Of a stretch of DNA of 64,000 nt, positions 24,150 to 33,657 are shown one piece after another (position 1 is the stretch's first letter; the number at the start of each line of letters is the position of its first letter). The position numbers were made by a program, and so were the translations under genes. The DNA is from Leptogorgia sarmentosa (Eukaryota): contig OZ210885.1 of the NCBI GenBank assembly GCA_964658305.1, positions 12,338,001 through 12,402,000 of the forward strand, written 5' to 3'. A model generated the notes under the pieces. That model made no database searches. It worked only from the letters and a program-made list of their open reading frames with translations, and had not been told where the DNA came from.

Positions 24150-24443
24150 TGTTTTGATTATTTGTTTGATATTATGGGACATTGCGTAATAATTAATAAC
24201 TAACTTTGATTGACATTAAGTAAAAAATGTGCATGTATGACCGCATGAGTTTAACGTGGCAAGGGACACAACAAGAAAGTAAAGCAAGAATTAAGGTGAT
24301 AATCCGCTAAGAAGTAAGTAAATTCATATTAAAGATAGGGTTAATTCATTATTAGATTAGTAACTTGTAAATATATTAAATTTTAGATCGAATAAAAACT
24401 ATAAAAATATACGATTGGGCGGATTGATGATTTGATCGGACCA
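24150..24443 (+). mobile_element. LTR (extra duplicated 5' LTR of the BEL/Pao element)
   Basis: 294 bp, TG...CA, preceded by AAGAG; identical by eye to the other two LTRs. Confidence 0.95.
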
Positions 24444-24531
24444 CAAATTCGATTTCTCTGCTAACCTTGGTGTCCGTACGAAATACGTAGTTAAAATAAG
24501 ATTGTGCTATCCAGAAGTTAAAGAGCTAACC

Positions 24532-26019
24532 ATGTCTGAAACTGAGGCTTTATCCCATGCGAAATTGAAGCGTAGAGGTGCTAAGGCTCTGCTAACCCGT
24601 TCCAGTAAAACGTTAATAATAAAAATGCAAAGTGAAAGACCCCTTGAAGAAATAACTGAGGCGTTTCAAAAGTTCAAGCATGCTTATGATAATTTGATAA
24701 CTAAACATGAAGAGTACGTGCAACATATTGAAGAGGAAGAGGCTTTTGAAGTAGAAGAAAGGTGGTTAGATGAAAGTCAAGATGCGTATATTCAACTCGA
24801 AATAACAACGAACGATTATATTAGAAAAATACAAGAAAACAAACCGCATGCAATGGGCGGAAGTGGAGAACAACCGGAAGTAATCGAGGAAACGGAAGTA
24901 AATGATGGAAATAGCGGAAGTGAAGGTCAAACAGGAAATGGACAGCCGGAAACGGTCGAAGAAACTACGGAAGACGAACTGCAGCAAGTAATAAATACAA
25001 TTAATGAAGGAGAAAATCGCGATAACAACCGCGCGCAAGCAAGTACGAGTGCATCGGGGACTGCAACCTGTGGATTCAAGATGGAAAAACCCAAGATGCC
25101 ACGATTTAGCGGAGACGTTCGAGATTACGTAATATTCCGAGCAGATTTTAAACATGCCGTAGACCTACGATTCAGCAAAAGAGACGCAATTTCTTTGTTA
25201 CGGGCAAGTCTGAGCGGAAGACCTTTGGACTTGATAAAGGGAATAGGAAGCGACTACGACGCTGCATGGGAGCACCTTGACGCAATATACGGAGACCCGA
25301 GGTTTATCGCAGATGCTGTTAGCCATGACATTTCCAAGTTCAAGCCACTTCGTGAAGATGAAGACTCCAGATTTTGTGATCTAGCTCAGCTCGTTAGAAG
25401 AAGCTACAATACCCTCAAGGAAGTGAACAGGCAGTTCGACATGGACAATAACCACATGATCGCAATAATCGAGCAGAAGTTGCATGTGAATGATAGAAAG
25501 ATCTGGTCACGTTATTTGGAAACAAGCCGGAAAGATGCGACCCTAGAGAATCTGATCACATGGATGACTACGGAAATGAAAACGAGAATGAGAGCCATTG
25601 CACCCCTGAGAAGCATGCAGTCAAGACATCCCGTTGGAAGTTTCAATGCTAATGTGTCAGGAAATAATCCTAAGTGTTGGGTTTGCAAGAGTTTTAACCA
25701 TTTCGTTGATCAGTGCCGAACCTTCGCTGCCATGAATGCCAAGGAACGCTTTCAGGCCGTTAAAGATAATCACGCTTGTTACAGTTGTCTGAAGCGTGCA
25801 GGTAGAGACCACAAGTCAGCGAATTGTTCAAGACGACGTCAATGCCCAGAGAAAGTGAACGGTAACCAGTGTAAATACTTCCATCACCAGTTACTTCATG
25901 AAGCAAGCTCAAATCCTGCCGCAACCATCGGGACATTTACAGCAGAAAAGGCAGCAATGAGGGGTTTTGAAGGAGAACATTTTAAAAAGGCTATCTGTTC
26001 ATTAGCAGTTTCATATTAG
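24532..26019 (+). CDS. gag: Gag-only truncated BEL/Pao ORF created by the duplication
   Basis: ATG at 24532 (MSETEA...); BEL gag core and Cys/His knuckles (CWVCKSFNHFVDQC, CYSCLKRAGRDHKSANC). It stops before the protease and reads ~19 codons into duplicated host flank. Confidence 0.85.
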   Translation: MSETEALSHAKLKRRGAKALLTRSSKTLIIKMQSERPLEEITEAFQKFKHAYDNLITKHEEYVQHIEEEEAFEVEERWLDESQDAYIQLEITTNDYIRKIQENKPHAMGGSGEQPEVIEETEVNDGNSGSEGQTGNGQPETVEETTEDELQQVINTINEGENRDNNRAQASTSASGTATCGFKMEKPKMPRFSGDVRDYVIFRADFKHAVDLRFSKRDAISLLRASLSGRPLDLIKGIGSDYDAAWEHLDAIYGDPRFIADAVSHDISKFKPLREDEDSRFCDLAQLVRRSYNTLKEVNRQFDMDNNHMIAIIEQKLHVNDRKIWSRYLETSRKDATLENLITWMTTEMKTRMRAIAPLRSMQSRHPVGSFNANVSGNNPKCWVCKSFNHFVDQCRTFAAMNAKERFQAVKDNHACYSCLKRAGRDHKSANCSRRRQCPEKVNGNQCKYFHHQLLHEASSNPAATIGTFTAEKAAMRGFEGEHFKKAICSLAVSY

Positions 26020-26266
26020 GCTATTAGCTACTATTTCTTGAATTTCGCAAAACAAAATTCCGTACGTGCTTATATGTGTGTGTGTGGAATTAATAAATTT
26101 GGTTTTTGACACTTTAATTGTCATGTCAAAACAGTAGTTTAATTTATAACAAAAGTTGTCGATTATAAATCTCCCTATTGAAACAGTGAATACATCTGCG
26201 TTCATAATAGTTGAGTCCGGACAGAAAAAAACTGCAGGAACACACGTACGGTTTTATTTTAAAGAG

Positions 26267-29200
26267 TGTTTTGATTATTTGTTTGATATTATGGGACATT
26301 GCGTAATAATTAATAACTAACTTTGATTGACATTAAGTAAAAAATGTGCATGTATGACCGCATGAGTTTAACGTGGCAAGGGACACAACAAGAAAGTAAA
26401 GCAAGAATTAAGGTGATAATCCGCTAAGAAGTAAGTAAATTCATATTAAAGATAGGGTTAATTCATTATTAGATTAGTAACTTGTAAATATATTAAATTT
26501 TAGATCGAATAAAAACTATAAAAATATACGATTGGGCGGATTGATGATTTGATCGGACCACAAATTCGATTTCTCTGCTAACCTTGTTGTCCGTACGAAA
26601 TACGTAGTTAAAATAAGATTGTGCTATCCAGAAGTTAAAGAGCTAACCATGTCTGAAACTGAGGCTTTATCCCATGCGAAATTGAAGCGTAGAGGTGCTA
26701 AGGCTCTGCTAACCCGTTCCAGTAAAACGTTAATAATAAAAATGCAAAGTGAAAGACCCCTTGAAGAAATAACTGAGGCGTTTCAAAAGTTCAAGCATGC
26801 TTATGATAATTTGATAACTAAACATGAAGAGTACGTGCAACATATTGAAGAGGAAGAGGCTTTTGAAGTAGAAGAAAGGTGGTTAGATGAAAGTCAAGAT
26901 GCGTATATTCAACTCGAAATAACAACGAACGATTATATTAGAAAAATACAAGAAAACAAACCGCATGCAATGGGCGGAAGTGGAGAACAACCGGAAGTAA
27001 TCGAGGAAACGGAAGTAAATGATGGAAATAGCGGAAGTGAAGGTCAAACAGGAAATGGACAGCCGGAAACGGTCGAAGAAACTACGGAAGACGAACTGCA
27101 GCAAGTAATAAATACAATTAATGAAGGAGAAAATCGCGATAACAACCGCGCGCAAGCAAGTACGAGTGCATCGGGGACTGCAACCTGTGGATTCAAGATG
27201 GAAAAACCCAAGATGCCACGATTTAGCGGAGACGTTCGAGATTACGTAATATTCCGAGCAGATTTTAAACATGCCGTAGACCTACGATTCAGCAAAAGAG
27301 ACGCAATTTCTTTGTTACGGGCAAGTCTGAGCGGAAGACCTTTGGACTTGATAAAGGGAATAGGAAGCGACTACGACGCTGCATGGGAGCACCTTGACGC
27401 AATATACGGAGACCCGAGGTTTATCGCAGATGCTGTTAGCCATGACATTTCCAAGTTCAAGCCACTTCGTGAAGATGAAGACTCCAGATTTTGTGATCTA
27501 GCTCAGCTCGTTAGAAGAAGCTACAATACCCTCAAGGAAGTGAACAGGCAGTTCGACATGGACAATAACCACATGATCGCAATAATCGAGCAGAAGTTGC
27601 ATGTGAATGATAGAAAGATCTGGTCACGTTATTTGGAAACAAGCCGGAAAGATGCGACCCTAGAGAATCTGATCACATGGATGACTACGGAAATGAAAAC
27701 GAGAATGAGAGCCATTGCACCCCTGAGAAGCATGCAGTCAAGACATCCCGTTGGAAGTTTCAATGCTAATGTGTCAGGAAATAATCCTAAGTGTTTGGTT
27801 TGCAAGAGTTTTAACCATTTCGTTGATCAGTGCCGAACCTTCGCTGCCATGAATGCCAAGGAACACTTTCAGGCCGTTAAAGATAATCACGCTTGTTACA
27901 GTTGTCTGAAGCGTGCAGGTAGAGACCACAAGTCAGCGAATTGTTCAAGACGACGTCAATGCCCAGAGAAAGTGAACGGTAACCAGTGTAAATACTTCCA
28001 TCACCAGTTACTTCATGAAGCAAGCTCAAATCCTGCCGCAACCATCGGGACATTTACAGCAGAAAAGGCAGCAATGCTTCCCATTGTGCAAGCGAATGTC
28101 CTTGGATCAAATGGTCTAAGAAAAAGAGGAAACGTATTGCTGGATTCCGGCGCTCAGATTAGCTTGATCAAAACCTCAGTGGCCAAAGATTTAAAACTAA
28201 AGGGAAAAGACGTTGTTGTGAATCTTATAAAGGTCGGATGCCAAGAAGAGGAATTGCACACGAAAGTATATCGCGTTACAATTCAGTCGTTAGAAGACCA
28301 TTCTTACCACCAAATTGAAGCTGTTGGAATTCCTTCCCTAAGTGAAGAAAACTCCTTTGTGAAATCAGATGACTTGGTCAAATGGTTCGGATTGTCAAGA
28401 GGCGATATCCGGAGAGGAACTGGTGACACAGATCTGTTAGTTGGGATCGACCAAGCGAAGCTTCACACCGGTGAAACAAGAGAATCAGGGAACCTGGTAG
28501 CACGACATTCCCCCTTGGGTTGGGTGATTTTTGGAGCAACACCTGGCGAGCAGTTGAGAACCAGCAGAGTGAACCATGTTGCGTTTGCTGCACCTGTTGA
28601 TATGAGCGAGTTTTGGTCCACAGAGTCCATGGGAGTGTCCATAAAACCGTGTTCATGTGAGCCCGAAAAGTTAAGCCCCATCGAAAGAAAAGAAGCGAAG
28701 ATTATTGAGAATTCTTGTGAAAAATTAAACGGACAGTGGCTTATACCGTATCCATGGAGAAAAGATCCAAGCGAATTACCAGACAACCGAGACCAAGCCG
28801 AGAAGAAGCTAGTAGCAACGGAACGACGACTTTTAACCAATACAGAGAACGCGAAGGCGTATGATAAAGAAATGATCCGCATGAACGACCTTGGTTTTTC
28901 GAGAAAACTCTCCAAAGAAGAGCTGGAAACGTATACTGGTCCCATCCACTACATATCACATCACGAAGTTCTGCGACCCGAAAGCAAAAGTACACCGCTA
29001 AGAATTGTATTTAACTCTTCCGCAGTCTATCGAGGACATAAGCTAAACGACTATTGGATGAAAGGGCCTGACCTTCTAAATGACCTGTTCGGAGTTCTAC
29101 TTCGGTTCCGTGAATGTCAAGCAGCTGTGCTAGGAGATATCTCAAAGATGTACCACCGTATTTTAATACCGGAAGTTGACCAACAGGTGCACAGATTTCT

Positions 29201-32200
29201 CTGGAGAAATTTGGACCCCGAGCGTGATCCTGATACGTATGTGAAAAGAGTATTAACATTTGGGGACAAGCCAGCTCCGGCGATGGCCCAAGTAGCCCTG
29301 AGAAAGACCGCAGAAGAATCAGCTGATGTGCATCCGGAAGCCGCAGATGTTCTGAAACACAACATTTATATGGACGATATATGCGAATCTGTGAAAACGA
29401 ACGACGAAGCCAGGAAGCTAACCCATGAGATAGATGAAGTCTTGGCAACCGGTGGATTTTCAGTCAAAGAATGGATATCAAACTGCAATCCAAAGGATGA
29501 GCAACCACCAAGAGAGAAGAATGAAGCGTCTGATACAGACAGAGAGGCAACAGAAAAGGTTCTCGGACTTGAATGGAACCCCAAAAGTGATAAATTAAAG
29601 CTGCATACGAAAGAGATTCATCCCCAGAATGAAAATAAAGGCACAGAGCGGTTTACAAAGCGTTCAGTTCTGAGTCGAGTTGCGCGAGTATTCGATCCTG
29701 TTGGATTTGCGTCGGCATTTGTAATTCGTGCCAAGATCGGTCTGCAAGATCTCTGGAAAAGAGGATTTGACTGGGACGACGAACTCCCTCCTGATTTGCA
29801 AGAATTCTGGACTAACCTGTTCCACGAAGCTTTGTTATTGAGATACTTGGAATTTGAAAGGTGCCTTACACCAGCGACTGCTATTGGGCAACCCATCTTA
29901 TGTACCTTTTCGGATGCTTCTACAGAAGCTTTTGGTGCCTGTTCTTACGCACGGTGGGAACTAGAGGACGGACAGTTCGCCGTAAGGTTCGTTGCAGCAA
30001 AGTCAAGGGTTGCGCCGTTAAAGCAACTCACAATCCCACGTTTGGAATTACAAGGAGCAGTTCTTGCCACCCGATTGAGTAACACCATTTTGGAGGAGAC
30101 CCGATTAAAGTTCGAAAGGACAATTTTCTTTATCGACAGTCAGATTGTTCTAGCATGGATTCGTGACGAAGGAAGAAAGTTCAAACCGTTCGTTTCAGTT
30201 CGAGTAAGCGAGATTCAAAGCAATTCCGACCCAGCGACATGGCGATATCTACCTGGAGAATACAACGTAGCTGACGATGTGTCACGTGGAATATCAGCTC
30301 AAAGTCTGACAGAAAGATGGCAACAAGGCCCACAATTCCTTACCTCATCGGAAGGTGAATGGCCAACAGTTCCACCTCCATCCCCAGAAAAGACGGAAGT
30401 CGAAAGGGAGGTTCGCAAAGATTACAAAGTATGTACCACAAAGAAAACTGCCACTTCTCCAATCGATTGTACCAAGTTCTCAAAGTGGAGACGACTGATA
30501 CGAGTGACAGCCTATGTCTTCAGATACATTTCGAACCTGAAAGCCCGTATTAAGAAAGAGAACTTTGAAGGTAACAGCCTTTCTGTTGAAGAACTGGAAC
30601 ATTCGGAAACCTACTGGATAAAACAAAATCAGAAAAATCTGGAAAAAAGTGTCACAAACGGACAGTTACGAAATCTTGACCCACTGACGGATTCAGAAGG
30701 TATCCTCAGAGTTGGAGGAAGAGTAGATAAGAGTGTGGCGACCTATGACACAAGACATCCAGTATTGTTGGCTCGAGACCACTGGACATCTAAATTGATC
30801 ATGCGACAAGCCCATCAATATGGACATTCTGGAGTAGCAGCTACTGTAGCAAAAGTTCGAAGGAAATATTGGATTGTTAGAGCCCATAGTCTGGCTAAAT
30901 CAGTTAAACACGAGTGTGTATTCTGTAAGAAGAGCCAAGCGCAATGTGAAACACAGAAGATGGCTGACCTGCCTGAAATTCGCCTGGCACCGTACACGCC
31001 ACCCTTTTACAACACAGCGTGCGACTATTTCGGCCCATATTACGTGAAGATCGGGCGCAATAAAACTACGAAACATTATGGAGTAGTATTCACCTGTTTG
31101 AACACGAGAGCTGTTCATTTAGAACTAGCAGTAGACTGTTCAGCCATGGAATTTATACAAGTTTTACGTCGATTTTTTGCAGTTCGTGGTAAACCAGCGT
31201 TGATTCTTAGTGACAATGGCACACAGTTAGTAGGAGCAGAGAGAGAGTTGAGAGAGATGATCGAAGGTTGGGAAAAGGAAAAGTTAAAAGAGTTTGCAGC
31301 GGAAAAAGGAATTAAATGGCAGTTTATAACACCAACAGCACCTCACCAAAATGGGTGCGCAGAAGCCATGGTTAAAAGTTGTAAGCGGGCGATAAAGAAG
31401 GCAATCGGAGACAGCAAACTAACACCGTTTGAGCTTTATACCTGTTTTTTAGAGATCGCTAACCTCATCAATCAACGACCTATCGGTCGCGTAACGACAG
31501 ATCCCAGTGAAGGAACGTACCTCTGTCCTAATGACATTTTACTTGGACGTGCGTCTTCTAAAGTACCACAAGGACCGTTTAAGGAAACTCGAGACCATCG
31601 AAAACGCGTGGAATTTGTTCAGAGAATAGTAGATGATTTTTGGAAACACTGGCAAAGAGACGTTTTCCCAGCATTGGTTCCTCGAAAAAAGTGGAATGCA
31701 GATAGAAGAAACGTTCGTGTCAATGATGTAGTTGTCGTTGAAAACCCGAATGCTGTGAGAGGAAATTGGACAATAGGCAAAGTTACGGATGTTTTCCCCG
31801 GTAAAGATGGCAAAGTCAGAAATGTTAAAGTAAAGACAAGCTGTGGAGAATACGAAAGACCTGTCAGCAGAATAGCAGTTATCTACCCGGAAGAAGGATA
31901 CGAACAATAAAATTAAGATGAGAACTTTCTCATCGGGGCGGAGGGTGTTTTGATTATTTGTTTGATATTATGGGACATTGCGTAATAATTAATAACTAAC
32001 TTTGATTGACATTAAGTAAAAAATGTGCATGTATGACCGCATGAGTTTAACGTGGCAAGGGACACAACAAGAAAGTAAAGCAAGAATTAAGGTGATAATC
32101 CGCTAAGAAGTAAGTAAATTCATATTAAAGATAGGGTTAATTCATTATTAGATTAGTAACTTGTAAATATATTAAATTTTAGATCGAATAAAAACTATAA

Positions 32201-32239
32201 AAATATACGATTGGGCGGATTGATGATTTGATCGGACCA
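26267..32239 (+). mobile_element. Full-length BEL/Pao LTR retrotransposon
   Basis: LTRs 26267-26560 and 31946-32239 (294 bp, TG...CA); 5-bp TSD AAGAG; PPT TCGGGGCGGAGGG just before the 3' LTR; single uninterrupted gag-pol ORF. Confidence 0.97.
26649..31910 (+). CDS. gag-pol: BEL/Pao Gag-Pol polyprotein (gag, zinc knuckles, protease, RT, RNase H, integrase)
   Basis: Protease LLDSGAQIS; RT DISKMY...TFG...YMDD; Pao RNase H FSDASTEAFGA...AKSRVAP...IPRLEL; integrase HHCC and DDE (CDYFGP, SDNGT, AEAMVK); C-terminal WHW...GKDGKVR region. Domain order is diagnostic of BEL/Pao. Confidence 0.97.
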   Translation: MSETEALSHAKLKRRGAKALLTRSSKTLIIKMQSERPLEEITEAFQKFKHAYDNLITKHEEYVQHIEEEEAFEVEERWLDESQDAYIQLEITTNDYIRKIQENKPHAMGGSGEQPEVIEETEVNDGNSGSEGQTGNGQPETVEETTEDELQQVINTINEGENRDNNRAQASTSASGTATCGFKMEKPKMPRFSGDVRDYVIFRADFKHAVDLRFSKRDAISLLRASLSGRPLDLIKGIGSDYDAAWEHLDAIYGDPRFIADAVSHDISKFKPLREDEDSRFCDLAQLVRRSYNTLKEVNRQFDMDNNHMIAIIEQKLHVNDRKIWSRYLETSRKDATLENLITWMTTEMKTRMRAIAPLRSMQSRHPVGSFNANVSGNNPKCLVCKSFNHFVDQCRTFAAMNAKEHFQAVKDNHACYSCLKRAGRDHKSANCSRRRQCPEKVNGNQCKYFHHQLLHEASSNPAATIGTFTAEKAAMLPIVQANVLGSNGLRKRGNVLLDSGAQISLIKTSVAKDLKLKGKDVVVNLIKVGCQEEELHTKVYRVTIQSLEDHSYHQIEAVGIPSLSEENSFVKSDDLVKWFGLSRGDIRRGTGDTDLLVGIDQAKLHTGETRESGNLVARHSPLGWVIFGATPGEQLRTSRVNHVAFAAPVDMSEFWSTESMGVSIKPCSCEPEKLSPIERKEAKIIENSCEKLNGQWLIPYPWRKDPSELPDNRDQAEKKLVATERRLLTNTENAKAYDKEMIRMNDLGFSRKLSKEELETYTGPIHYISHHEVLRPESKSTPLRIVFNSSAVYRGHKLNDYWMKGPDLLNDLFGVLLRFRECQAAVLGDISKMYHRILIPEVDQQVHRFLWRNLDPERDPDTYVKRVLTFGDKPAPAMAQVALRKTAEESADVHPEAADVLKHNIYMDDICESVKTNDEARKLTHEIDEVLATGGFSVKEWISNCNPKDEQPPREKNEASDTDREATEKVLGLEWNPKSDKLKLHTKEIHPQNENKGTERFTKRSVLSRVARVFDPVGFASAFVIRAKIGLQDLWKRGFDWDDELPPDLQEFWTNLFHEALLLRYLEFERCLTPATAIGQPILCTFSDASTEAFGACSYARWELEDGQFAVRFVAAKSRVAPLKQLTIPRLELQGAVLATRLSNTILEETRLKFERTIFFIDSQIVLAWIRDEGRKFKPFVSVRVSEIQSNSDPATWRYLPGEYNVADDVSRGISAQSLTERWQQGPQFLTSSEGEWPTVPPPSPEKTEVEREVRKDYKVCTTKKTATSPIDCTKFSKWRRLIRVTAYVFRYISNLKARIKKENFEGNSLSVEELEHSETYWIKQNQKNLEKSVTNGQLRNLDPLTDSEGILRVGGRVDKSVATYDTRHPVLLARDHWTSKLIMRQAHQYGHSGVAATVAKVRRKYWIVRAHSLAKSVKHECVFCKKSQAQCETQKMADLPEIRLAPYTPPFYNTACDYFGPYYVKIGRNKTTKHYGVVFTCLNTRAVHLELAVDCSAMEFIQVLRRFFAVRGKPALILSDNGTQLVGAERELREMIEGWEKEKLKEFAAEKGIKWQFITPTAPHQNGCAEAMVKSCKRAIKKAIGDSKLTPFELYTCFLEIANLINQRPIGRVTTDPSEGTYLCPNDILLGRASSKVPQGPFKETRDHRKRVEFVQRIVDDFWKHWQRDVFPALVPRKKWNADRRNVRVNDVVVVENPNAVRGNWTIGKVTDVFPGKDGKVRNVKVKTSCGEYERPVSRIAVIYPEEGYEQ

Positions 32240-32462
32240 AAGAGGAATATCCAATCTTGTTAACGAAACCATCGAGGTAGGATAAGTTTCTAAGTTGTTA
32301 ATTGTTAAACAATTTTTTACATGAAATGAGAAAAATAAGAGTAAAAACGTTTCAGTTTGAACTACCTAACGAATTTGAATATTTTATGTATGCGAATACA
32401 AAGAAAGCTAATGTAAGTTGCATGTGTCTTTATATCGGTGAGGCTGAATTCATTCCAGATAT

Positions 32463-32592
32463 AGCATGGACTAGCAAACCAAAGTCGCGGGTTCGATTCC
32501 CACCGAAGCCAGGCCAATTTTTCAGCCTGCCCGGTGTGGATATATACTCAGAGTAACATCACAATAACATTCTGCACCTGAGTACATCACAC
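32463..32592 (+). mobile_element. 5'-truncated tRNA-derived SINE-like fragment
   Basis: Pol III B box GGTTCGATTCCC in a T-arm context (GTCGCGGGTTCGATTCCCACC), followed by a non-tRNA body. No A box and no acceptor stem. Confidence 0.6.
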
Positions 32593-33318
32593 ATAATGAA
32601 CATTCGTACAATATAGATGTACCTTAGACTTCGCTGCATACAAGAAAAGACTTGGCAAAAATATTTGGTGCATGAGGGTATCCTTTACTGGTTATATGAG
32701 CTTCTGTAAAGAATTTTATCGAATGAAAGGAAACGTATGCTGTACTTGTTCTATTTAGTCGATGTGTCCAAAGTGCAAAACTTGTAGATATAATTCGTTG
32801 TTTGATCGTGGTTTATAAAGTCGTTAATAAAGCTCCCATTAATATATAAATGCCTTCCCTACAACGCAACACTGTTTTTGTTATTTTCAAAAGTCTATTT
32901 AAAAAAGGGAATAGTAAGGAATTTTTCCGTATTTCTTAGAGTTATAGAAACAGCGTGGAAGCTAGTTTGGGAGAAACGAGAAATTCAGTGGGAACACGAG
33001 CACGAAGTGCCACTGAAGTTTATTTTTCGTACAGCATGTGTAGTTGTATAACTATAATGGATAATATATCATTACACTCAGCAACTAAATTTAACGAACA
33101 GCTGCGACGTTTCGAGCAAGGGTTTTTTCCCCCACTAATTCGTCTTGACTGGAATCGTCAAATCGTCTAGACCTAGACTTTTTACCGTTTTTTAATCTAA
33201 ACATCAGCGAACTTCTAATACCGTTGTATTTAGTTTTACTAATCAGCCATTTATGGATGTGCTCACGCCATTTCCACGTCCTCTTTGAAGTCGCGTTGTG
33301 TTTGCTAAAGCTGTCTAT

Positions 33319-33657
33319 TTAACAATTAGACAACGAGGTTAAGTTGTCTATGAGCGAATAGTCAACGAGGACGAAGTCCGAGTTGACTATTCGCTGATAG
33401 ACAACGAGGCCGAGTTGTCTAATTGTTTTAGTATACACTAAATGTATAATAACTCGCATGTTTCTAGTATACACCCAGAATTATTTGTATCAAGAAAATT
33501 CTTCAGAAACCTCAGGAAAACGCGAGTTTTCGGCAGTAGCCATATTGTTTTCCTTTGCTTTTTCGCGAACCGTGGTCTATCACAGAATAGACGACGGCTG
33601 AGTAGCCAATCAGAATGTAGCATTTGTAATAGACGATGGTTGGGTGTATACTATAAT
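33319..33657 (-). mobile_element. Hairpin-ended non-autonomous element, family B
   Basis: Hairpin ~33319-33428 with apex CGAG-GAC-GAA-GTC-CGAG. Inverted repeat TAGTATACACCCA (33465) / TGGGTGTATACTA (33641). CCAAT box at ~33606. Minus-strand remnant MATAENSRFPEVSEE (33543-33499). Confidence 0.75.

Larger units (their letters stand above)
23844..28076 (+). repeat. 2117-bp tandem duplication (23844-25960 / 25961-28077): host flank + TSD + 5' LTR + gag
   Basis: Constant offset of 2117. The junction GCAGCAATG-A-GGGGTTTTGAAGG joins the gag end to host sequence first seen at 23844. Only three substitutions were noticed between copies. Confidence 0.95.

Noticed and set aside
28378..31907. Multiple minus-strand and alternate-frame ORFs over pol
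   Set aside because: Shadow ORFs of the gag-pol frame with no recognisable motifs.
24150..32239. Three-LTR tandem element formed by LTR-LTR recombination or a second insertion
   Set aside because: The duplicated unit includes 306 bp of host flank and the same TSD, which indicates a DNA-level tandem duplication (or misassembly).
32463..32510. Functional tRNA gene
   Set aside because: Only the B box/T-arm is present; no A box, D-arm or acceptor stem. Treated as a SINE fragment.
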